The notes beneath the pieces are model-generated. The model had not been told where the DNA came from and did not search any database. It saw only the letters and a program-made list of their open reading frames with translations. Shown here one piece after another: positions 1 through 11,699 of a stretch of 64,000 nucleotides of DNA (position 1 is the first letter of the stretch; each line of letters opens with the position of its first letter). Position numbers and translations under genes: made by a program. Source of the DNA: Rhynchobatus australiae (Eukaryota); contig JAUZTB010000087.1 in assembly GCA_034780895.1 (NCBI GenBank), forward strand, positions 36,563,539 to 36,627,538. Direction: 5' to 3'.

Positions 1-230
1 TATTAGTCACATGTACATCGAAACACACAGTGAAATACATCTCTATGCGTGGAGTGTTCTGGGGGCAGCCCGCAAGTGTCACCACTCTTCCGGCACCAAC
101 ATAGCACGCCCACAACTTCCTAAAATGTACGTCTTTGGAATGTGGGAGGAAACCGGAGCACGCGGAGGAAACTCACGCAGACACGGGGAGAATGTACAAA
201 CTCATTACAGACAGTGGCCGGAATCGAACG
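1..230 (-). mobile_element. V-SINE (HE1-like tRNA-derived SINE), 5' truncated
   Basis: Minus strand carries the V-domain GAGTTTGTACATTCTCCCCGTGTCTGCGTG...CCGGTTTCCTCCCACATTCCAAAGAC, preceded by a B-box-like GTTCGATTCC. Confidence 0.8.
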
Positions 231-1420
231 TTGGAGAGGGCAGTGGCCCATGGAATAAAGGATGGAGGCGGGGAGGGGAGGAGAGGAGATGGGCAGGTCA
301 TCAAGGTGGGGGAAGGGAGCAATAGGAATAAAGGAAGACAAAGGAGTTGGGGGAGAAGATAAAGGAGTAAATTTTGCAGGACAATATTAAAACAGGACTC
401 AGGTTCTTTAGGGTTCCTTTTAAATGACAGAATCAGTAATGAAAGACACAATTTCATGAAAAGTTTGAGTAACTTTATTTAACACATCTAAAAACAACTA
501 AACAGAAAGGAAACTGCAGCTCTAACTACAAATCTAATCTAACCCAAATTACAAGAAATACGACCAAAACCCCAAACTCACTCACTTAACAGAGACACAA
601 AAAATCTGCAGATGCTGGAATCTGGAGCAATAACTTAACACTTAACACTTCCCAGGTAAAATCGGGCTCAGGTTTGTATGCAGTTCTCAGTGATACTTAT
701 TGGCATCCAATACTTAGCAACGTTGCGTTCTCTGCCACTCAGTCTATCGCCAAGGGGAGCCCCAGGGTACTTCAGCAACATGTGAAGGGGCTTGACAGTC
801 GGCGTTGGCCGCAAACCAATCCGTGGAGAAGCTCCGAAAGAATTTCTTGCGAGGCACATCTTTATAGTCAAGGAGGGCTTTGTGCCCCAATTGGTCTTTG
901 CATAACAAAAGATTCCACACCTTCCCGAGGTTTTTGAGAGTCCCATCAGTCATTAGTGCAGAAAAATTCCACTGTTAATGAACAGATAAAAATCTGATCT
1001 TCTAGAGGGCAGGTGGCTCCATGAGCATGTAGCCGAGAAAGGTTGGTGACGAATTCAGACAAAGCCCTGGGATCTTTCTGATGGGGCAAATTAACACTCT
1101 CCATTGTCTTGCTTGGCTGAAGCATACCCTGATAAGTTTTGCAGAGCTGCCTGTTTAACTGCACCCAATTAATGCTTGGGACTACCTTCCACATTGATGT
1201 CTTGCTGTTTCACACGGTTTCAGTAACTCTTGGGAAAAACAAATAGTCCTAACAGAGAAATATGCTTCTTTTAACCCTTTAGTTACATCCACCCATTGAT
1301 TGCTGTTGCAACAGGGAAATCGTTGGTTGTTTTTCATCTTACCACAGACAAGATTGGGTTGAAATAATGGGTCTACCCCAGACAGTCCTCTTTGTTGATC
1401 GTAGGGGGTTGGTGGAAGTA

Positions 1421-1483
1421 GACTGTGAATGTTTGGAAGACTGTGAATGTTTGGAGGGCTGTGAATGTTTGGAGGGCTGTGAA
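1421..1483. repeat. Minisatellite, 18-bp unit x3.5
   Basis: GRCTGTGAATGTTTGGAR at 1421, 1439 and 1457, partial copy at 1475. Confidence 0.9.
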
Positions 1484-1577
1484 GTTGAAGGTTTTGATCC
1501 AGGGACTTAATTTAGTTGCAACACAATATAAAGCAATAAAAACAATTGTGAACCAAAAAGAGCAAAAAAATGAAAAT

Positions 1578-1715
1578 GAGTTCTGATGAAAGGCCATTGA
1601 CTTGATAAGTTAACTCTGTTTCTCTCTTCAGAGATAATGCCTAACCTGCTGAATATCTTCAGTATTTTCTATTTTTATTTCAGATTTCCAGCATCTGCAG
1701 TGTCTTGCTTTTCCA
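1578..1715 (+). mobile_element. Older Penelope-type terminal repeat with decayed hammerhead
   Basis: GAGTT-CTGATGA-AAGGCCATTGACTT-GATA-AGTT-AACTC, then ...TTCCAGCATCTGCAG family tail. Confidence 0.7.
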
Positions 1716-2209
1716 GCAAAAGAAAGAACAGGCTAAAAATTTCAGCTGCATATGCTTGAAGACTCACTATAAATATACACAAAAATTGCATATGATTAGA
1801 AAACAGCCAGTCATCTCTGAAATACTCTGCATGAAACTATGAGCTGGGTTGACCTGGATCTGACCTCCCTCACCGATTTGCTTTGGGTACAGAGGGGTAA
1901 CTGAACTGACCCTCTATAGCTAAGTGTCATCTAACAATGCAGTGCAGGGTCCATACTTTGAGCAGGCCTCAGGGACTTGATGATGAAGCACCAATACTGG
2001 TGCTCCCTGGCAGCCTTTTGACATGTTTTTTTAGGTGCCTCTAACAGTCATACTTAAAAACTGTTCAAGTAGAACTAAATGAAACAATTAATAAACAAAA
2101 ACCCAATAAAAATACATTAAGATACAAGAAATTAAAAACATTAGTATAAATTTAGATAAAGTGAAAGAAGTAAATTACTTAACTGCATGTAAATAAAGTA
2201 AAATAAGTA

Positions 2210-2344
2210 TCAGTCCTGAAGAAGAGTCCTGACCTGAAACATTGACCACCTGCTTTTCTCCACGGATGCTGCCTGGCTTGCTGAGTTCCTCCAGCATCAT
2301 AGTGTTTTTCACGAGATTCCAGCATCTGCAGTCCTTTGTTTCTC
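2210..2344 (+). mobile_element. 135-bp solo Penelope-type terminal unit with hammerhead motif, 12-bp TSD
   Basis: GTAAAATAAGTA at 2198-2209 and 2345-2356 brackets the unit. The sequence is close to the reverse complement of 33867-34000. Confidence 0.85.
2211..2247 (+). ncRNA. Minimal type I hammerhead ribozyme-like motif (degenerate)
   Basis: GTC-CTGAAGA-AGAGTC-CT-GACCT-GAAA-CATT-GAC: CUGANGA and GAAA boxes around a short stem II, closed by GTC/GAC. Confidence 0.6.
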
Positions 2345-3864
2345 GTAAAATAAGTAAACCACTTTCCTGTAATTTCTTTTCAAATGAGGGTCGGTGATCA
2401 TATTCATATGCATGGAATTGCAATGGAATAGGCAGCCAGATCCCCTGGTTTCCAACCTCCAGTTTTTTTTTTCCATTTAAATCTTACAGCATAGTCGGGG
2501 GTGAACTGAAGACCAAGTGGCAGATAGCATTTGTCTACTCTTGCAGTTTTAATAGTTTATTTCAACACATTTAGCAAAAAAATTGAGCAAACCCTTGAGC
2601 CAGGGCTGGTAAATGTAAAATAATTGTTTTATGGTCCAGTGCATTGGAGAAGTCGCCAGAGTCACAACTCAAATTGTTATTGGTAAGTGTCGGAGTTAAA
2701 GTTAAAATCGAATTGAAGTCATTGAACTGCAGGAGGACAGTGGCCACAGAGTAATTAAGTTTAACATCATCCAAGATTTAGGACCAAAAGCTTAGAGCTA
2801 GGCACATAATTTTAATGGAGTTAATGTGAAAGAAATGATGGGCCACTGCAAGCAAATTGTTTGGGAAAGATTGTCCAGTAACATTTTACTGCAGGGCAAC
2901 AGAAATGCAAATTTAAAAGCATGTATGCAGGATAAATATTATATATTTAATATCAGTGAGCCCAGAATAAATAGGTCAGCCCCTAAAGGGATAAGTAAAT
3001 AAGTAAGTAAAGAGATAAAACTGTCCTCTGCCAATCCTGTGATGAGAAAAGGAATTTTCCTTTGATTGAGCAGAAGAACATGCACACCACAAAAAGGACC
3101 AGATTTTCCAGAATAATCATTGTCAATTTTCAGTATCATTATTCTGCATAACTGATTATAACTTCTAGAGTTCCAGGCACACATTTATGAAAGTGGAAAT
3201 CCAGAGATTGCTGTCAGCGATTCACCATTGAGGAGAAGGCTATGATCCAAATCTAGACTCCGTGTGAAGCTTAGCATGGGAGAGAGATCTTGGGTGGCCT
3301 ACATTTGCATTCTTCACTTGTAATGAAATTCTGAGCCAGACCAATGAAGTATAAAGGAAATTCTCCCTTCGGTATGAATGGAAATGAANNNNNNNNNNNN
3401 NNNNNNNNNNNNNNNNNNNNNNNCTTACATGCTTTATTGGTTTAATCATACAATTTTTTTCCAGATCTTTTTAATCTCAAATTTGTGTGCAAAATTCTGT
3501 ATTTTTGAAGTATTCAAATGTGTTTAAAAGAGTTTTGATATGTCTTGTATTTTATTCTTAAGGTATTTTTTGAGCATTTTATATCTTTTAACATTGAAAT
3601 TCATTTTTGTTTTGGCTGCCCCATGTGATGTTGAATTTCATGCAAAATACTTCCTCCAAGTGCAAGACCTCATCACAGAGAATTTCCCCCCACACCAACA
3701 CATATGACAATTCTAGTGCAAAGCAGTGCTCCCCACATCAACAACCATGCTGGCGGATGAAGTGGAAGTAGTTGCTGATAGTCATGAAGAGACCATTTTA
3801 TTAGCCTTGACAATTATTCTTTTGTATCTCCTCAATAGTTTTTTTTAATCTATATACACAATGC

Positions 3865-4355
3865 CATACTATAGGAAGGACGTACTTATGCTGGAGAGAG
3901 TGCAGTCACCAGCATGTTACCTGGATTGGAGGGCTTTATTTATGGGGAGAGACTGGATAGGCTGACCTTGTTTTCTCTGGAGCAAAGGAGACTGAGGGGT
4001 AATGTGATAGAGGTGTATAAAATTATAAGAGGCATAGATAGGGTAGATGGTCAGAATATTTTTTCCCATGGTAGGACCACCAAAAACATGAATGAATAGG
4101 GTTAAGGTGAGAAAAAGTAGTTTTAAAGAGCATTTGAGGGATAAGATTTTTTTATACTGAGCATGGAACTTACTGCCACAGGAGGTGATGGAGTCAGATA
4201 TAATGACTATAATTAAGAGACGTTTAGATAGGCAATGCACAGAAGGACACAGACCTAGTGTGAGCAAATGGGATTAGTGTATGCGGGCAAAAGGGTGGCC
4301 ATGGATGTTGCGAGCTGAAATGCCTGTTTCTGTGCTGTTCAACTCTATGACTCTA
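3865..4355 (+). mobile_element. CR1-clade LINE 3' end (HER1-like)
   Basis: MLPGLEGFIYGERLDRLTLFSLEQRRLRGNVIEVYKI is the CR1 ORF2 C-terminus. Ends in an ACTCTATGACTCTA tail. Confidence 0.85.
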
Positions 4356-5689
4356 AGCCCCAAATATCTTTGTTTCTCCACAGTACCAGGCTTCCAACTA
4401 CTTAGAAAGTGCTCTAAGTTACCTTTAAAGTAGATGGTGTTGTACTTTCCACATCTGCAGGGTTTTGCCAACTAACTTATCTAAGTAGTGCAAGGACCAC
4501 AAAGTAAAGGTCCCATCTTAGAGGTCCCAACTATGAGAGAAAATTAGTAAAATTTGGACTTTTAGGTTTGAAGGGAGATTATTTTATTGAGGTACAAGGC
4601 TGCAAAACTTTTTATAAATGGTAAACCTACTAATTAATTTAAACTGTAAGAACAAAAGAAAACGAAGGTCAAAGTTTTAAACAAATAAAAGATCTCCTTT
4701 ACGAACCTACTATTTCTACTACACAAAGGAATTTCAATCTAGTACTTAAAAAACTATATATAGATTGAGCACAAAAAAGATTAAATCAAAATATATATCT
4801 ACACTTTTCATTGAACTAGAGCTAGTGAATGAGACTTTTTAGTTTGACAGTTAATTTTCAATTTATATATTTAATTTGCTAAAAATGAAAAATATTTGCA
4901 TTTCAAAACCCGAAGGTTGAAAATCAGTAAAACTGGTCGTAATGTTTTGGGGTATACATGGCAGTTATATGAAGTAGCCTCTGCTGTATGTATAGTGTTT
5001 GNNNNNNNNAGTGTTTGCAGAACTTGAGCAAAATTAAATAAAACTATATTTCAAAATCCTTTATGTGCAAGGAAGTTTAGCCTGGAAATACCTTCAAGTC
5101 CATTATTTGTTCTCCTCAGTGTCCAGCTGATAGCCACTATAATATAAATGCTGTATAGACTTCCTGCTACCTAACTTAACAATCCTCCCAGCACCCGTTC
5201 TGAAAATAAAAAGAGTCAACAAATGGAGATGACTAGACTGAAAAACAACTCTGTTTATTTGCCTGGAATCCTCAACTCCATTATGGCATAATCAGGAGGT
5301 GCAGCCTGAGCTACCATCTCATTATCAAGATCAGTTGGAAGGCTAGTAATTTACTAAAACTTTTAAAAATGCTACTATTCAATGCAATATGCCTTGAACC
5401 TATCCAATACAGATGTACCCTTAGGCCTGTGTCAGCAAGCTCAAGCCTGCAATATAGCTGAACAAAACAGTTTAAATAAGCAAGTATTAGGAGATAGAAA
5501 CTAGTCTGAAAATCAGGACTATTGTCATCTATTTTTCTTGTATTTTCCCAAGGTCTACAGGAGGGATGTGAATCATCCTCATCAAATTCGACTGCTCACA
5601 GAAATTCATGTCTTATCTTCCACTTGGATCTTGATAACATGCCAGCCATAATCCTAACTAATGGATCTACAAAAGAGCCAATGTCTGTG

Positions 5690-7250
5690 TAAACCAGCGT
5701 CAAGCAAAGCCGTGTCATTACCATGACACATTTTTCAATCTTTTTCACTACAATGCTTCAATGAGCTACATGCTGGAATGGAGCTAATCAACAGGATTAA
5801 ATGGGAAACTGTTAACCTATGTTGTCTCCACTCTAGAACCAAGATCAACCAATCTTTTTGGACAAACATGTTTGGGTTTGAACATGTTCAGATGCTGAGC
5901 TCCAAGTCACCACTGACCCGTTGACTGAAGAATACAAGAGTGCGGGCCTTACATTCAGTATTTGAAAATATTTTTTAAAATTCAAAAATAAATTTCATTC
6001 ATAAAAGTATAAAAGAACACAATGCATAACTCTATTTAAGTTTGTAGTATCATTCAATCTATACATTCGCAGTGTTATTGTATACATTGATAGTGTTAGC
6101 TCATTTTGTGTACAGAGCACCATTGCCATTCATGTGGCCTCCTGGGATAATCCCAAATTCTAGCGTTAGAGAGGCTTCTGTGTCCTTTATCAACCTGCCT
6201 CCATTGTATGGCACCATCCTCCAAGATCCTGATAAATATGCACCACTTCCCACATCATGAGAGACATGTTTTAGTGAAAATAGACATTGAAGACAAAATT
6301 CTTTGCCTTTAGTGTGCCAGCACAGACTTTTCTCCAACTGAGAAAAACCGTGTTTTAAAATCCAAACCTCAAACACCACACAAACCAATGATCTCTGCCC
6401 TTCTATACGTTAATAAGACTTGGATTAGCTACAGTTGACATCTCAAGGCATGGAAAGGATACCATCAATGCTCTCTCCATAAAATCTTCCAAATACACTG
6501 GAAAGACAAACAAATGTCAACATCCTCTTCCAGGCCAATATCTACAGCATCAAGGCCCTATTTACACTTGGTCAGTTCCATTGGGCAGACAACATCCTTA
6601 TCTTCCTGGATTCTACACTCCCAAAACAGTCATGATTTTGAGTCATGGGAAGCAATTACTAGATTTTTTTTAACAAAATAAACTTTATTCATAATAAAAA
6701 ATAAACTATATACAATAATAAAACAGTTCAAACCTTTACATTCGTGTACAGTTCCGTTCTTAGTGTTACTTCTTATATANNNNNNNNNNNNNNNNNNNNN
6801 NNNNNNNNNNNNNNNNNNNNNNNNNNNNNNNNNNNNNNNNNNNNNNNNNNNNNNNNNNNNNNNNNNNNNNNNNNNNNNNGGCCTGACGGTGAAGGGGACA
6901 TTGGATCGGTCGGGCCAGTTGCCGAAGAGCATGGCCTCGCTCAAATGTAAAGATTCAAAAATGTGCTTAGAGCATCCTTGAAACATCCCCACTGACTCCT
7001 GGAAATCCCTGGTCCATGGCCACTCAAAGTGAAGGAGAAACATTTGGGATTACATTGAAAACCATGCATTGGGAGCACACAAAACCTCACTGTAAATAAT
7101 GGGAAGCGTGCAGTACCATGTAAAACACCTACCCCACCCACTCAGTCAGGCACCTTCAAGTGCCACATCGGCTTTATCAGTTACCAAAAAATCCCATAGA
7201 ACCGGAGTGGAAACAAGTCATCTTCAATCTCAAAAGACAGCATTAGAAAA
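5690..7250 (+). mobile_element. RTE-clade LINE fragments, interrupted by reverse-oriented Tx1-like 3' ends (about 5970-6180 and 6664-6940)
   Basis: Decayed GVKQGCV..P.LF, YRTDGKLFN, W.GH and KRFKD.LK motifs. Similar to 28900-29780. Confidence 0.6.
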
Positions 7251-10200
7251 AGGCAGAAAGTAAGCAAGTGGCAAAAGCATCTCCAAAAATCTGCTTTTGG
7301 AGATGGTTGTAACAGTCAAGCTATTAAAAAATTGACTACTTTCTGCAGTGTGCAAGCAAATTCAATGGAAATTACACAAGTATTGTTAATAGTGAAATGG
7401 GAATCGGCCACATAATGGGAACAGAAAGTACTTAAAATTATTTCTGAGAACCAATGCTACATTGCATGTAAATTGCCCATAGTCTCAATTTTCTCTGCAT
7501 TCACAGTTATGGATGAAAAATATCCCAGTNNNNNNNNNNNNNNNNNNNNNNNNNNNNNNNNNNNNNNNNNNNNNNNNNNNNNNNNNNNNNNNNNNNNNNN
7601 NTCTCATTAATTGAGCAAAGTGGACTTCATCCGTCCCTGAAAAATTCCACTTTTAACTGGTGTCAACATTTTTGCTTGAAGTCAGAAATTTCCATTACGC
7701 AAGGCCAGATATTTCTGACATAAACAAACCATTTCTTTGGATCTAATACAGGTACAACAGACTTTAACCCTACAGCTATCATTCTGCTCATGTTACTTTC
7801 AGATGTTTGAAACTGTTTTAACTTCATACAAAGTTTTTTTTATCTGTAGATCAAACTATTTTAATGAAGAAATGCATCATTTTTTAATGGATCTGCAATC
7901 TGTTGTTGAATTGATTTACTGCCAAAAATATTGCTCTTAGATTAGATATCCTTTCTGCCTTGCTAAAGAATTACTTATGCGGATTTGAACATAACTTACG
8001 TCCTTACATTTATAGCCAATTAAAAAAAAACACATTTAATTTATTTGTTCAGTACTGATGAGATTCTTGTATAATGCAAATATGTGTAATTGCCCCCCCA
8101 AAAAAACAATTGATCTAAGGATAAACTGGATTTTCCTTCCTAAAAAATTCAGATGGATTGGTGGAATTTAAAAAAAAGTTAAATATGTAGCAAAAACCTA
8201 AAAGCAAAATACCGTAAATCATGAAAATCTAAATGTTGAGAAGATACTGGAAATATTCAATGGGTCAGGCAGCATTTATTGAGAGAGAAACAAAATAAAT
8301 GTTTCAAGTCATGACAAAGGTAAGACAATTTTTAAGTTGGAGCAGAGAAAACAGGGAGGGACAGAGAGAACAGAAGAGAGGATNNNNNNNNNNNNNNNNN
8401 NNNNNNNNNNNNNNNNNNNNNNNNNNNNNNNNNNNNNNNNNNNNNNNNNNNNNNNNNNNNNNNNNNNNNNNNNNNNNNNNNNNTATGGGAGAAAATAGAA
8501 AGCAGTGCGCTTCCCATCACAATTACATCCCAAAAAATCCAAATTCATACTCCCTCTGGCATAACCCCTCAATCACAAGCACTGCACAGCTTGGAACATT
8601 GCCAATGGGGAGAAGGAGGATAAAGGTGTGAAGGACCAAATATCTGCAACAGAAATAGCTCTTGTACTTCATTTACTTGATCTTCAGAGAAATGTATATA
8701 CTGAGAAATCGGCTCTGAAGACTATACTGTTAAATAACTTTTATTTTACGGTATATTTTCCAAACTGAAACAAGGAATTAGAAGCTGTTATATTACTTTC
8801 CACTGAATCCTAAATTCATGCTGATTAATTCCCCGAACCATTTCTACGCTTCCTGCTTTGCACCATGTTTTAAGGTGGCTAGCTGAGATATTTCAGTGAA
8901 ACGTTTGAGGATGGTGGTGATTCATCAAACAGATCCAGACATTGTCACTGAGGATCCTGCTTCTAGTATCCTTTATCTTGCTTTGATAGGGCTCCTGGGT
9001 GCATTCATGTGCTGACACTGAAAGGGACTCTATCCTCATGGGTTCATTACCACTATCATGAGAGTCAGCATCATCTGTTAATTATTTATGGACCACCAGT
9101 TCAAGTGTTAACATGCAAATAGACAAAACTGTCCGAATTAAGACCTGGAAGCTTGTGAAAATGCTATGTTGAGACATCCATGAGGCCGTTGCAAATGCTA
9201 TGCTAGATGCCATCAATAACTTTAATATCCTTCTTTGAAACCATGCTGCCACACTTCTTTCCTGGACTGTTAAGCTCTTATGAGTATTCTGCATGGCATT
9301 AGCAACTTTCAATATTGCACTGTAGATTCATGTGGTGGTTTTGTCCCAACACCCACAAAACTTTCTACATAAAGTTGTTGTTGACTAGAGAGTGTTATTT
9401 TGAAAGCTAAACCCATGAGATGTGAATGTTTTTCCAACCTTTGTGAAGCTCTCCATGTTCCAGTGCCAAATTTACGTGATCAGTAAGGCTTAGCAGTTAA
9501 AATTTAATTGACCGGCTTTCTCCTTCCTCGTGAGTTGGTATTTCTTGGCTGAAGCTCATAAAATGACATGATGGAAGGCAGGGCAATGATGGGGTACAAG
9601 TTCTGCAGCTTCAGTTGCCTGTCTGCTCCTTTAAAAGATTTCCTTCATGCTTCAAGTCATTTCCCAAGATGCTAAACATGTAGAAGTATATAAATGATCA
9701 CATGTTTCCTTGAAAAAGTACAATGGTTGAGTCAAATTTCAATTAAAATATTCCACAGTTCAATGAAAAGGAATGATATTTCCACTTATTGATGCTGTAA
9801 GGTTGTTATAACTGCTCTGTGCTCTGTGGCAGCTTGTGCTGTGGTGGAAGTTTTACTCACTGCTTCAGTCACCTGCCTCCATAAACTTACTGGGAGTTCA
9901 CAGTCATTTGGCAGATGACTCACAATTATCCCATCGCCTGTCGGCTGCCAGTTATATGTCATGTATGATACCAATGCCATTGACTTTCGTGAACTGAGTA
10001 CTGGATAAGACATATCCAATATTGTATATGCCCCACACAAGTTGAAATATATCCCATTTACCACTTGTCCATTCATTTAATAAATATGACATCGACTAAA
10101 AAGTTATTAATCCATGGGGCTTTCCAGCCCCTGTCCCCTCTCAGCTAAAGCTTCTATTTTGTTCTTAAACTGCTTTTGTTATCCAAGAGGCACCAAAAAG

Positions 10201-11699
10201 AAGCGATAACTAGTGTACTTTAAGCACTGTGATATCACTATCTTTTCCTTCCTTCTACAAGTGCCACACCATTCAGAAGATNNNNNNNNNNATTACTGAT
10301 CTGACTTCTCCAGACTGCTGCTACTGATTTATCTTTGGGTGTTCTGACACTATGGTGCTTCAGAGTACCTGTAACTGATTTGCATTGAAGGTGGTAGTAC
10401 AAAGGCATGCCTTAACAAATTATTAAAATAAGACAGTTGCCCACGGTAATGTGACTAAAAAGTCTTTTAAAAACTGAAGAAGGCGTATCAGTGGGTAAGC
10501 ATATTTTTTTTAGTAAAGACATGTTTTGACCAGTTTAAAATTGGTATTTTTATCTGCAAAGGTATAAGTTTTATTATCTTCTTTTAAATGGAAGCTCATT
10601 AACTTAAATAATCTATCCAAATAACAAGAAGTTTATTGTAAAACCATTAGACGTAACATTAAGTCTAGTCTGTGCTGCACTTAAAATAAAAGACTGGCGT
10701 TCACAAGGATATACAATATATAATTAATTCTTTGTTTTTTATCTTCTAAAAGTTTAAGCTCATACATGGCTTAAAATTTTGCATAAAGGTTTATTATTGT
10801 GCTAATAATGGTTTGAGAGTGCATGGGACAAATTCACAATGTGTAATATCAGTAACACAGCCATCAGAAATGGGTTTGTTTGAAGTCTTAGAATTTTTTT
10901 TATTGAAGAATTCAAAACAGTTGTACTGGTTAACAACTTAATGCCAGTTTCTTTTCATGTGAGTGCATTGGCAATGCATCATTAAAATATTGCAGAACAA
11001 GGTTTGTTTTTAAACTTTGATTTATCCCTCGGAATGTTGACTCCGCAGCTACTTTATTTTGACCAGTTCAATTCTGCAGATCTCAAATCAACCTACTTTC
11101 AAATTCAGTCAATATATTGCACATTGGACAAAGGTCTCAGCTTCAGACAAATTTCAAAACAACAATTTCGAACCATTTTTAATTGGGCAATACTGTATTT
11201 TGTTGTTACATTAACTTTGTTGTTTGAAGGAAAGTATCAGACAATTACCTTTTTGCAAAAGGGCTGGACTGCCATTCAAAAAATCCCAGGTTGAAAATTA
11301 TTGATTTTTAAACTTTTTGTTGGAGGATCTGGTGGTTCCCTGTCAATCTGCCAGTAGGAGTATTTAAAAGTAGTGAAGCACATTCATCCAAGTTTAGGAA
11401 CATTACAAAGTTGTTCTGTCAGAAATCATAGTGAGACTATCTCTCTCTTTTGCAGAGGAACAAAACAATTGTTTAAAATGGTGCCTCTCCAATATTAAAT
11501 GCAGTAAATGTGCAGTGTAGTGGTGAGCATTAGACCAGGAGGTCCTAAAACTCTCCTTGACAATGCTGAGTGGCATAGTATGTTAGCAACATTCAGTAAC
11601 ACCAGGTGCAGACAACATTTTGGATTGCAATTTTTCACATATTAAATAATGTGCAGCATTCTGCTGGATGAAGGTTTCAGCCCTGATGGTCAACCCATG

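Noticed and set aside
1421-1483. CRISPR-like array
   Set aside because: Units are contiguous with no unique spacers, there are no cas genes, and the context is eukaryotic. It is a minisatellite.
8840-10260. Possible decayed DNA-transposon coding relic (also about 18300-18960)
   Set aside because: Composition looks coding-like, but I could not identify catalytic motifs or terminal inverted repeats.
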